Assembly (NCBI GenBank): GCA_003158475.1
Contig: PMJR01000029.1
Location: forward strand, 1 to 63,844
Length of the DNA: 63,844 nt
Direction of reading: 5' to 3'
Source: Ignavibacteriota bacterium
GTDB lineage: Bacteria > Bacteroidota > Ignavibacteria > UBA10030 > UBA6906
In this document: one piece after another, positions 56,846-63,844 of the stretch
Numbering within the stretch: the first letter of the stretch is position 1
Layout of the letters: each line of letters opens with the position of its first letter
Notes under the pieces: generated by a model
What the model was told of the DNA's origin: nothing
The model's database searches: none
Seen by the model: only the letters and a program-made list of their open reading frames with translations
Program-made: the position numbers and the translations under genes

Positions 56846-57586
56846 TCATGAGGCGAGGCCGGTGTGGCCGGCGATATGCTGCATGTAGAGTTTCTCCATA
56901 TCCTGCCCCGCAAGCTCTCCCGATGGCCGCTGCATCACCAGCTGTCCCCGGTTCATGATCCCGACCACGTCGGCCACCTCCTTTGCGCGGAATATGTCGT
57001 GCGTGGACATGAGTATCGCCTTTCCCTCGTTCCGCAGCGACCGGAGGAGCCCGATGAACTCGAACCCCGCCTGCGGATCGAGCCCGGACGTGGGTTCGTC
57101 GAGGAGTATCGCCGGGGCGTTCTTCATGATGGCGATCGCGATGCCGCACTTCTGTCGCATCCCCTTGGAGAACCCCTTCAGCCGTTTCCCGTGTGCCTCC
57201 TCCTCGAGGCCGACCCGCAGCAAGGCTTCCCTGTACGCGCTCCGCGAGGGAGCAGGACGGCCGCTGAGGCGCGTGAAGTAGTCCAGGTTCTGCATCGCGG
57301 TGAAGTTCGGGTAAAGCATCACGTTCTCGGAGACGAACGCGATCTTCTCCTTCGCTTTCAGAGGCTCCCTGTGCGTCACGATCCCGTCGATCCGTGCCTC
57401 TCCCTCCGTCGGCTCTATGAAATTCAGGAAGAGGTTAATCGTCGTCGTTTTTCCCGCTCCGTTCCCTCCCAGCATCGCGTACACCTCTCCGGGCTGCACG
57501 CTGAACGAGATGTGGTCCAGCGCCAGCACCCCGTCCTCGTAGCGTTTCGTCAGCCCTGCCGCTTCAAACATCGGTCTCTCCGCCAT
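56846..57586 (-). CDS. ABC transporter ATP-binding protein
   Basis: 246 aa. Motifs: GGNGAGKTT (Walker A), FSKGMRQK (signature-like) and ILLDEPTSGLD (Walker B). Confidence 0.9.
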   Translation of the reverse strand: MAERPMFEAAGLTKRYEDGVLALDHISFSVQPGEVYAMLGGNGAGKTTTINLFLNFIEPTEGEARIDGIVTHREPLKAKEKIAFVSENVMLYPNFTAMQNLDYFTRLSGRPAPSRSAYREALLRVGLEEEAHGKRLKGFSKGMRQKCGIAIAIMKNAPAILLDEPTSGLDPQAGFEFIGLLRSLRNEGKAILMSTHDIFRAKEVADVVGIMNRGQLVMQRPSGELAGQDMEKLYMQHIAGHTGLAS

Positions 57587-57589
57587 GTG

Positions 57590-59089
57590 TTACCTCCTTG
57601 TTAATTTGATTCCGAACACGACAATCCCTCCAACCAGGCCGAGGATGAGGAGGACGACGAGAACGGTCCCCGGGATGTTCGCTCCTGCGGCGATCTCCAC
57701 TGTCGCCGTCTTGTCCTCTGCATTTACGGGGTGGTTGTCGGAAAGGGCGCTCGTCCGCAGGCGAATCTCATACCGTCCCACCGACACGTCCCGCGACGGA
57801 GTGAATGTCAGGTCCACGCGCCGCTCTTCGCCGATGCCGAGAGTGGGAACGACCGCCGGCTGTACGCTCTTCGTCCAGTTGAGAGGCATGTCGATCTTCA
57901 CTTCCACGTTGTCAAGCCGGCGCGTCCCCTCGTTGACCAGATCGACGCTCATCTGTACGGTCCCCTCAGGTTTTATGGAATAGAAGAGCTGGGGGGCGCG
58001 GACCAGCAGTTTCCCTTCTCCCCGGGGGACAAGCTCCAGCTTCACGTAGCCGACATTCAGCCTCTCGATCTCCTGCTGGGTCCACGTGCGCGACTGCAGG
58101 TCGCCGGCGGAGTTCGCCTGGTCGTGGGGGACGACGACCACGAAAAACGGAATCGGCCCGTCCATGGGCACCTCCCGGGTGGGGCGATCGGGCAGGGAAA
58201 CCTCCAGCGCGGCCTTCCTCGTGTTTGTCGTCCCCGTGAATTTGAACTGGCTCAAACGGGCCTGCCCCGAGGGGTCCTTGAAGAACCGGTCGATCTGTGG
58301 CGGGAGGTTCAGCACTTCCAGGCTGAACGTGTTGCTGACCCCGCTGAAGAGCTCGAGCGTGAGGTCGAACGTCGCCGATTTCCCGAGCTCGACCTCCTGC
58401 GAAAACTGTTCCGACTGAACCGCGACCCTGTTCACGGAAGCGTCCTTCTGCAGGAATATCTTCATCGAGCGGGAGGAGCCGCTCCCGTATATCATGTTCA
58501 CGGTAACCGCATCCAGGTCCTGCAAAAGCGCAAAGTCCAGCATCGTCGGCTCGCCATACCTGAGCTGGGCGATCTTCACTTCGTAGGGCTGGCTGATGAT
58601 CGCGCCGTCCGTGTTCGTAATGGAGATATAGACGTCGTTGACGACATCGGGCTGGAGCGAGCGGAAAAGCCTGTCGTCGATGTTGAGGAGCTTCTGGAAT
58701 TCCGCCGTTCCCCCCGACGTGTTGGCAACGGTAAGCCGGACATGCTTCGAGCCGTCACGCGCCTGGTATTTCACCGCACGTGACACCGACACAAACTGTT
58801 GCTCGAAGAGAACGGCGAGGAGCGATTGCTGGTAGTTGACTTCCGCGTCGGCCATGATATTGTGGAAGTGGTCGAGATCCGCCTGCGAGATCAGGCTTCG
58901 CTTGAAAAGCTCCTCCTGCCGCTCGTAGTCGCGCCGCGACGTTTCGTACGCCTCCTTCGCCCGCTTCAGGCCGAGCACCCTGTACTTGTCGTCACGCTGG
59001 TTGTAGTTCACCTGTGTCGACGCCGGCAGCGAGGCGATCGCCAGCAGGGCGGCCGCGGCGAGGAAACGGAGTGTGCGTGGAGCTATCAT
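57590..59089 (-). CDS. Secreted/anchored accessory protein: signal peptide, coiled coil, beta-rich region (NEW3-like), C-terminal TM helix
   Basis: Start at MIAPRTLRFLAAAALLAIASLPAST. Coiled coil: AKEAYETSRRDYERQEELFKRSLISQADL. C-terminus: GTVLVVLLILGLVGGIVVFGI. First gene of the ABC operon. Confidence 0.6.
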   Translation of the reverse strand: MIAPRTLRFLAAAALLAIASLPASTQVNYNQRDDKYRVLGLKRAKEAYETSRRDYERQEELFKRSLISQADLDHFHNIMADAEVNYQQSLLAVLFEQQFVSVSRAVKYQARDGSKHVRLTVANTSGGTAEFQKLLNIDDRLFRSLQPDVVNDVYISITNTDGAIISQPYEVKIAQLRYGEPTMLDFALLQDLDAVTVNMIYGSGSSRSMKIFLQKDASVNRVAVQSEQFSQEVELGKSATFDLTLELFSGVSNTFSLEVLNLPPQIDRFFKDPSGQARLSQFKFTGTTNTRKAALEVSLPDRPTREVPMDGPIPFFVVVVPHDQANSAGDLQSRTWTQQEIERLNVGYVKLELVPRGEGKLLVRAPQLFYSIKPEGTVQMSVDLVNEGTRRLDNVEVKIDMPLNWTKSVQPAVVPTLGIGEERRVDLTFTPSRDVSVGRYEIRLRTSALSDNHPVNAEDKTATVEIAAGANIPGTVLVVLLILGLVGGIVVFGIKLTRR

Positions 59090-59151
59090 GAGCGGGTATC
59101 CTGTGGTTGCCGGAGGATGCGCACGGGCGCCCCCTCCGGAAGTGTGACGCA

Positions 59152-59180
59152 AATATATGCTCTCTGTTGCACGTGTGACA
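59152..59180 (-). promoter_or_regulatory. Activator-type promoter candidate of the ABC operon (good -10, poor -35)
   Basis: Minus strand: -10 box TATATT (59157-59152). The -35 position reads TGTCAC (59180-59175) and directly abuts the three direct repeats. Confidence 0.35.
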
Positions 59181-59210
59181 GTTAAAGGATGTTAACGATT
59201 GTTAACGGGG
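59181..59210. promoter_or_regulatory. Three phased 10-bp direct repeats (candidate OmpR/PhoB-type response-regulator boxes)
   Basis: GTTAAAGGAT / GTTAACGATT / GTTAACGGGG, exactly contiguous with a 10-bp period. They lie in the 150-bp divergent region between the ABC operon and the HK-RR operon. Confidence 0.5.
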
Positions 59211-59241
59211 GGGAGCCTCGCGCGCAAATGTTTGGGGCAGA

Positions 59242-60894
59242 ATGTATATTGAGACCATGACGATGAAACTCCGGACAATGGTCCCCGTTGTCAGCCTGAT
59301 CGTGATCGCGCTTGCCGGTCTGATCCTCCTGCAGGTGTACCTGCTGGAGAACGCGTTCGCCCTGAAAGAGCAGGCGTTCCGGCAGAACGTGGGAGCGGCG
59401 CTCAGTGCCGCCGCGTTGAAACTCCAGGCGGGCGAGACTCTCTCCCGGGTCCTGCGGTACGATCTCGGGTCCGGGTCTCCCGCCCACCGGAAAAAAGTGG
59501 AAACGGAAGTATCTTCCTCACCCCCCGTCCTGGTGAACGGAAACTCGCTGTCGTACCACGTCGGTTCGCCGCAGAGGGTGAGCGTACGTGTCGTTGACAA
59601 TGCGGGGGGTGACAGTCTCCTTTCCGATACGATACGGCAGCCGGGGAACTACACGCTTCGGGTGGACACCGCGCTCTCCAGAAAGAGGGGAAACTCCTAC
59701 CGCTTTGCCGCGGACAGCGCATCGTTGGTTGTGAGCGTCGGGGGAGGAATCGCGGGCGAAGCATTACATCCTGGGGCGTCGGACAGGGACCGGTTGTTTG
59801 TCGTCTCCACGGTCTACGACGATCTGCTTTCGGAAAGAAAAGGAATCGAGAGGAAGATCAACCCGGCGCTCCTTGATTCGGTGGTGAAGGGGAGCATGCG
59901 CGACGCGGGGATACCTGTCGCCTTCGCCTACGGTATACTCTCTCCCTGGAGAGACTCCGTCCTCATGGCGAACCCGGCGAGCGCCGCCGCCGACCTCCGC
60001 TCGGCGGAATTCCACGTCCCCCTTTTCCATCTGGCCTTCGGCCCGCCGCAGGGGGAGCTCGCCGTGTACTTCAGCGGCAGGAACGCGTATCTGTTCGGGC
60101 AGCTCTGGCCCGCGCTCGGTGCATCGGTCCTTTTCATCCTCATCATCATGCTCTGCTTCGGCTACACCGTCAGGACGATCATGCGCCAGCAACGGCTGGC
60201 AGGGCACATGGTGGAGTTCATTAATAATATGACGCATGAATTCAAGACCCCGATCGCCACCGTCACTCTTGCGAGCGAGGCGATAGGACGACCCGACGTG
60301 ATAAGGAGCAGTGCCAGAGTGAGGAAATATAACGGCATGATCGCCGAGGAAACGCTCAGGATGAAAAAGCAGGTGGACCGTATACTCCAGATGGCGGTAA
60401 TCGAGGAAGGGGACTACGAGCTTTCACTCTCCGACCTCGACATGCACACCGTCATACGGACGGCCGTCGATACTGCAGCCCTGCATGTCGAGTCACGCGG
60501 CGGGACCATCACTTGCGCACTCGGGGCGGAGCGGCACACCGTGCGGGGGGACGCGGTGCACCTTGTCAATATCATCAATAACCTTCTGGACAACGGATCG
60601 AAATACTCCCGCGGTGCGCCCGTGATACACGTGAGCACCGTGAATACGGGGGGGTGGCTCGTGGTCCGGGTGAGCGACCGGGGAATCGGAATCGCACCCG
60701 AGCATGCCGAACGGGTGTTCGACAAGTATTACCGCGTCCCGACGGGAAACCTCCACGACGTCAGAGGGTTCGGTCTTGGCCTGAGCTACGTCAGGCTCCT
60801 GGTGGAGGCTCACGGGGGGACCATCACGCTGAAGAGCCGGGAGGGAGAGGGGACAGAAGTGGAATTGAGGTTCCCGGAGGGCGCGCACCCGTGA
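59242..60894 (+). CDS. Sensor histidine kinase (two TM helices, ~230-aa extracytoplasmic loop, HisKA, HATPase_c)
   Basis: H-box: FINNMTHEFKTPIA. N-box: NNLLDNGSKY. G-boxes: DRGIGI and GFGLGLS. The start could instead be ATG 59257. Confidence 0.88.
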   Translation: MYIETMTMKLRTMVPVVSLIVIALAGLILLQVYLLENAFALKEQAFRQNVGAALSAAALKLQAGETLSRVLRYDLGSGSPAHRKKVETEVSSSPPVLVNGNSLSYHVGSPQRVSVRVVDNAGGDSLLSDTIRQPGNYTLRVDTALSRKRGNSYRFAADSASLVVSVGGGIAGEALHPGASDRDRLFVVSTVYDDLLSERKGIERKINPALLDSVVKGSMRDAGIPVAFAYGILSPWRDSVLMANPASAAADLRSAEFHVPLFHLAFGPPQGELAVYFSGRNAYLFGQLWPALGASVLFILIIMLCFGYTVRTIMRQQRLAGHMVEFINNMTHEFKTPIATVTLASEAIGRPDVIRSSARVRKYNGMIAEETLRMKKQVDRILQMAVIEEGDYELSLSDLDMHTVIRTAVDTAALHVESRGGTITCALGAERHTVRGDAVHLVNIINNLLDNGSKYSRGAPVIHVSTVNTGGWLVVRVSDRGIGIAPEHAERVFDKYYRVPTGNLHDVRGFGLGLSYVRLLVEAHGGTITLKSREGEGTEVELRFPEGAHP

Positions 60895-61586
60895 AACGCA
60901 TCGTGCTTCTGCTGGAAGACGACCCCAATCTGGGACTTATTCTGCAGGAACACCTGGAGCTCAATGGATTCGGAGCACAACTCTGCGTGAACGGCCAGGA
61001 CGGGCAGGCTGCCTACCGCAAGGGGAAGTTCGATCTCTGCCTTGTGGATGTCATGATGCCCCGGAAAGACGGGTTCTCGTTTGCACGCGACGTCCGTGCG
61101 GTCGACCGGGAGATCCCCATCATATTCCTGACGGCGAAGGCAATGAAGGAAGACCGGATCGAGGGGTTGAAAATCGGGGCGGATGATTATCTGACGAAGC
61201 CGTTCAGCATGGAGGAGCTCCTCCTCCGGATCCGTGCCGTGCTGAGGCGGAGCGGGAAGCAGGAAGATGGGAAAGATTCCCCTCAGGAGTTTTCACTCGG
61301 GAAGTTCACATTTGATCCGGCGAAGCGTACACTCCGGCGTGGGCGGAGCTCAAGGAAACTGACGGCGCGTGAATCGGACCTCCTCCGTCTTCTGTGTCTC
61401 CACAGGAACGGAACTCTCGACAGAAACGGGGCGCTCCGCGAACTCTGGGGGGACGACACCTACTTCAACAGCCGGAGCATGGATGTCTTCATCACCCGGC
61501 TCAGGAAGTATCTCGCCGGTGACACGGGGGTCGAAATCCTGAGTGTCTCCGGAAAAGGGCTGAAACTTGTCGTCAGCAGGGAATGA
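60891..61586 (+). CDS. OmpR/PhoB-family response regulator
   Basis: GTG start overlapping the HK stop (GTGA). Receiver domain: VLLLEDDPNLG...DLCLVDVMMPRKDG...TAK. Winged helix: LTARESDLLRLL...MDVFITRLRKYL. The track ORF starts 237 nt earlier, inside the HK gene. Confidence 0.88.
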   Translation: MKRIVLLLEDDPNLGLILQEHLELNGFGAQLCVNGQDGQAAYRKGKFDLCLVDVMMPRKDGFSFARDVRAVDREIPIIFLTAKAMKEDRIEGLKIGADDYLTKPFSMEELLLRIRAVLRRSGKQEDGKDSPQEFSLGKFTFDPAKRTLRRGRSSRKLTARESDLLRLLCLHRNGTLDRNGALRELWGDDTYFNSRSMDVFITRLRKYLAGDTGVEILSVSGKGLKLVVSRE

Positions 61587-61601
61587 GCGTGGCTCCCTCC
61601 C

Positions 61602-63308
61602 TCAGTCGGCCGCCCGGTAGACGGTCCTGATCTGCGTGTCGATGTAGAACCACTCATCCGCACAGCGGAACTGCTTCGGATCCATCGATCCGAGTTCCAT
61701 GGTCTGCCAGTCGCTCGTGGGACGAATGAACGCGAATGTCCCGGGAGACGTGGTCACCTTCACAGGCATACGAAAACCCTTCACGTCCGCCTGCCAGCGG
61801 TACCGGCACGTCAGGGTGCCCGATGCGGCCGTGAGGACGACGTCGAGCTTCGGGAGACCCGGGTAGCGGAGGTACTGGTCGAAGAAATACGTGTAGTCCG
61901 TCCCGGTCGCCCGGTTGACGAACGCGACGATCTCCTCCGTGGTGATCGTTCTGTACCTGAACTCCGTTGCAATCCCGCGTATCAGTCCAAACCAGAGGGA
62001 ATCGTTGTCGAGCACGCCGCGGAGTGTGTTCAGCATGAGCGATCCTTTCGGATACATGTCCCTTGACCCCTCGTTGTTCACATTGTAGGCGCCGAGAATA
62101 GGCCTGCGGTTTCCCACCTCGGGTTTCTTCGAATTCACATAATCGAGCATCGCATGGGTGCCGAACATGCACTCGACGTACATCGCCTCGGCATGTGCAC
62201 CGAAGCCCTCGTGTATCCACATGTCCGCAATGTCCTTCGCCGTGACGCTGTTCCCCCACCATTCGTGTGCGGACTCGTGGATGATGATGTAGTCGAACAT
62301 CAACCCCCAGGGAGAGCCGGATGTCCCCCGGTATCCCTGCCGGAAGCCGTTGCCGTACGCCACGGCGCTCTGGTGCTCCATCCCGAGATGGGGAGACTCG
62401 ACGAGCTTGTACCCGTCCCGGCTGAACGGATAAGCGCCGAAGTATTTCTCGTAACATGCGATCATCGGCTTCACCTGCGCGAACTGCTTCTGCGCCTTCT
62501 CGAGGTCGGCGGGAAGGACGTAATAGTCAAGTGTCAGTGTGTCCGTGCCGGCGTACGTCTCCCCGAAATGAGCGAACTTCCCGATGTTCACCGTGACGCA
62601 GTAGTTATTGATCGGGTATGTCACCGCCCAGTCGTAGCGTTGCCAGCCGTCCGGCAGCGTCGTGACCCCCCTCAACCGCCCGTTGGAAACGTCTTCGAGT
62701 CCCGGGGGAACAGTCACCCGTATTCGCATGCTGTCAGGTTTGTCCGACTGGTGGTCCTTGTTCGGCCACCAGAGGCTCGCTCCCGTCCCCTGGCAGGCCA
62801 CCGCCACCCATGGATTCCCGGAGGAGTCTTTCGTCCAGATCAGCCCGCCGTCCCATGGTGGATCCTTTGCCACGCGCGGGCTGCCGGAATACCTGAGGAG
62901 AAGATCGTGCATCGTCCCCGGGCGGAGGGGCTCCTCCAGCATGATAAACACCGCATTGTACTCCCGTGTGAAGGAGAGGGGCCGGCCTCCGTCCAGCGCG
63001 GCCGATTCCAGCGCCATGTTTTCAAACAGGTCTATCTGCAGACGGGCGGAAGGCTCGAGAGCCGTGAACCTGATGGTATTGGATCCGGAGATGAACCGGT
63101 GTTCCGGGTCGATACGCACATCGAGGTCATACCACCTGACATCGTAGCACGTCCGCTCGCTCCTGAGCATCCCCCGGAGCGTATCGGCGCGGGTAAATAC
63201 CGGCGGTGTGATTGACGGGCGGGTCTGTGCGTCCAGCGTGCCGCCGAACGCGAAACAGAGCGCCAGTACAGGGAGGAGACTGCTCCGGGAAGGGAACAGG
63301 CGCATCAA
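61602..63308 (-). CDS. M1-family zinc aminopeptidase (secreted)
   Basis: 568 aa. Signal peptide: MMRLFPSRSSLLPVLALCFAFGGTLDA. Motifs: HESAHEWWGN plus WIHEGFGAHAE (HExxH-x18-E). Confidence 0.88.
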   Translation of the reverse strand: MMRLFPSRSSLLPVLALCFAFGGTLDAQTRPSITPPVFTRADTLRGMLRSERTCYDVRWYDLDVRIDPEHRFISGSNTIRFTALEPSARLQIDLFENMALESAALDGGRPLSFTREYNAVFIMLEEPLRPGTMHDLLLRYSGSPRVAKDPPWDGGLIWTKDSSGNPWVAVACQGTGASLWWPNKDHQSDKPDSMRIRVTVPPGLEDVSNGRLRGVTTLPDGWQRYDWAVTYPINNYCVTVNIGKFAHFGETYAGTDTLTLDYYVLPADLEKAQKQFAQVKPMIACYEKYFGAYPFSRDGYKLVESPHLGMEHQSAVAYGNGFRQGYRGTSGSPWGLMFDYIIIHESAHEWWGNSVTAKDIADMWIHEGFGAHAEAMYVECMFGTHAMLDYVNSKKPEVGNRRPILGAYNVNNEGSRDMYPKGSLMLNTLRGVLDNDSLWFGLIRGIATEFRYRTITTEEIVAFVNRATGTDYTYFFDQYLRYPGLPKLDVVLTAASGTLTCRYRWQADVKGFRMPVKVTTSPGTFAFIRPTSDWQTMELGSMDPKQFRCADEWFYIDTQIRTVYRAAD

Positions 63309-63844
63309 TATTTCTCCTTGATTTCGAGTTGATCGAAGAGAAACGCAAACACGTCTGTGTCCTGTCCGATCAGTTCGTCCAGGGAGCTCCCGTACCCGTG
63401 CCCGCTTGCCGGGCTCGTGCGCAGAAGAACCGGGTAGGGAGAACCCGTCGCCGTCTGCAGGCGCGCGGTCATTTTCCGGGAATTCGCCGGGTCGACCCGT
63501 CCGTCATTGTCCCCGGTCAGCATCAGCACTGCGGGATACTTCGTCCCGTCGACGACATGATGATACGGCGAATACGCGTAGAGCGCCCTGAATTGTTCGG
63601 GATCCTTCACAGTCCCGAATTCCGTCACATTGAACGCGCCGTTCGGGAAGAGCTCGACGCGGAGCATATCGTAGAGCCCGACGTGGCTCACGACGGCGCG
63701 GAAGAGATCGGGACGCTGCGTCAGCGCCGCCCCCATGAGGAGCCCCCCGTTGCTCCCACCTTCGATTGCAAGGTGCGAAATGGAGGTATACTTTTTTTCG
63801 ACAAGGTACTCCGCGCACGCGATGAAGTCATCGAACACGTTCTG
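63305..63844 (-). CDS. S9 prolyl-oligopeptidase-family serine peptidase, C-terminal catalytic part (5' end outside the window)
   Basis: Motifs: IEGGSNGGLLMG (GxSxGG), TGDNDGRV and SGHGYG. The stop overlaps the M1 start by 4 nt. Confidence 0.8.
   Translation of the reverse strand, partial: QNVFDDFIACAEYLVEKKYTSISHLAIEGGSNGGLLMGAALTQRPDLFRAVVSHVGLYDMLRVELFPNGAFNVTEFGTVKDPEQFRALYAYSPYHHVVDGTKYPAVLMLTGDNDGRVDPANSRKMTARLQTATGSPYPVLLRTSPASGHGYGSSLDELIGQDTDVFAFLFDQLEIKEKY

Noticed and set aside
56814-57149. N-terminal 112-codon extension of the ABC permease ORF
   Set aside because: It overlaps the ATPase gene in another frame and is Arg/Gly/His-rich. The paralog alignment and a GGAGGA RBS support the start at 56813.

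Overview
High-GC (roughly 60-70% by hand counts) bacterial chromosomal window with about 45 protein-coding genes. A type-A T9SS C-terminal sorting domain and several CarboxypepD_reg-type outer-membrane proteins suggest an FCB-group organism (Bacteroidota / Rhodothermota / Ignavibacteriota-like); this is a low-confidence inference. I recognised no rRNA, tRNA, CRISPR array, transposase or integrase.

Gene content, left to right:
- Partial M48 peptidase, then maeB.
- metY-metX operon behind a long structured leader.
- Esterase, macro-domain protein, dcd.
- A roughly 5.6-kb lower-GC segment with an Oar-like TonB-dependent receptor and a Ser/Thr kinase.
- A 12-gene co-directional array: ldcA-purN-purH-mreBCD-mrdA-rodA-(LonC-like)-(PLP decarboxylase)-xdhC-mocA.
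- A two-gene synthase-type exopolysaccharide locus: a 1314-aa multidomain protein plus a processive GT2.
- A Cys-rich MerR regulator divergent from a 1202-aa fused GltD-like/PyrK-like flavoprotein.
- A 4xCHRD T9SS cargo protein plus a small c-type cytochrome, convergent with an ECF sigma / anti-sigma / TonB_C operon.
- glgP, typA, a DUF5686-like outer-membrane protein and a hypothetical protein.
- Flavoprotein, SDR, Tat-signal amidase.
- A four-gene ABC-2 transporter operon divergent from an OmpR-type two-component system.
- M1 and S9 peptidases.

Candidates I consider most worth follow-up:
1. The triple-motif, double-terminator metY leader (candidate tandem riboswitch).
2. The DUF2334/GH-like giant protein plus GT2 polysaccharide module.
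3. The MerR(Cys6) and mega-flavoprotein pair with a 33-nt palindrome between them.
4. Three phased GTTAAC direct repeats between the two-component system and the ABC operon.
5. The ATPase-degenerate LonC-like protease and the orphan XdhC/MocA pair embedded in the cell-shape operon.

All functional calls come from motif recognition by eye. No database search was run.
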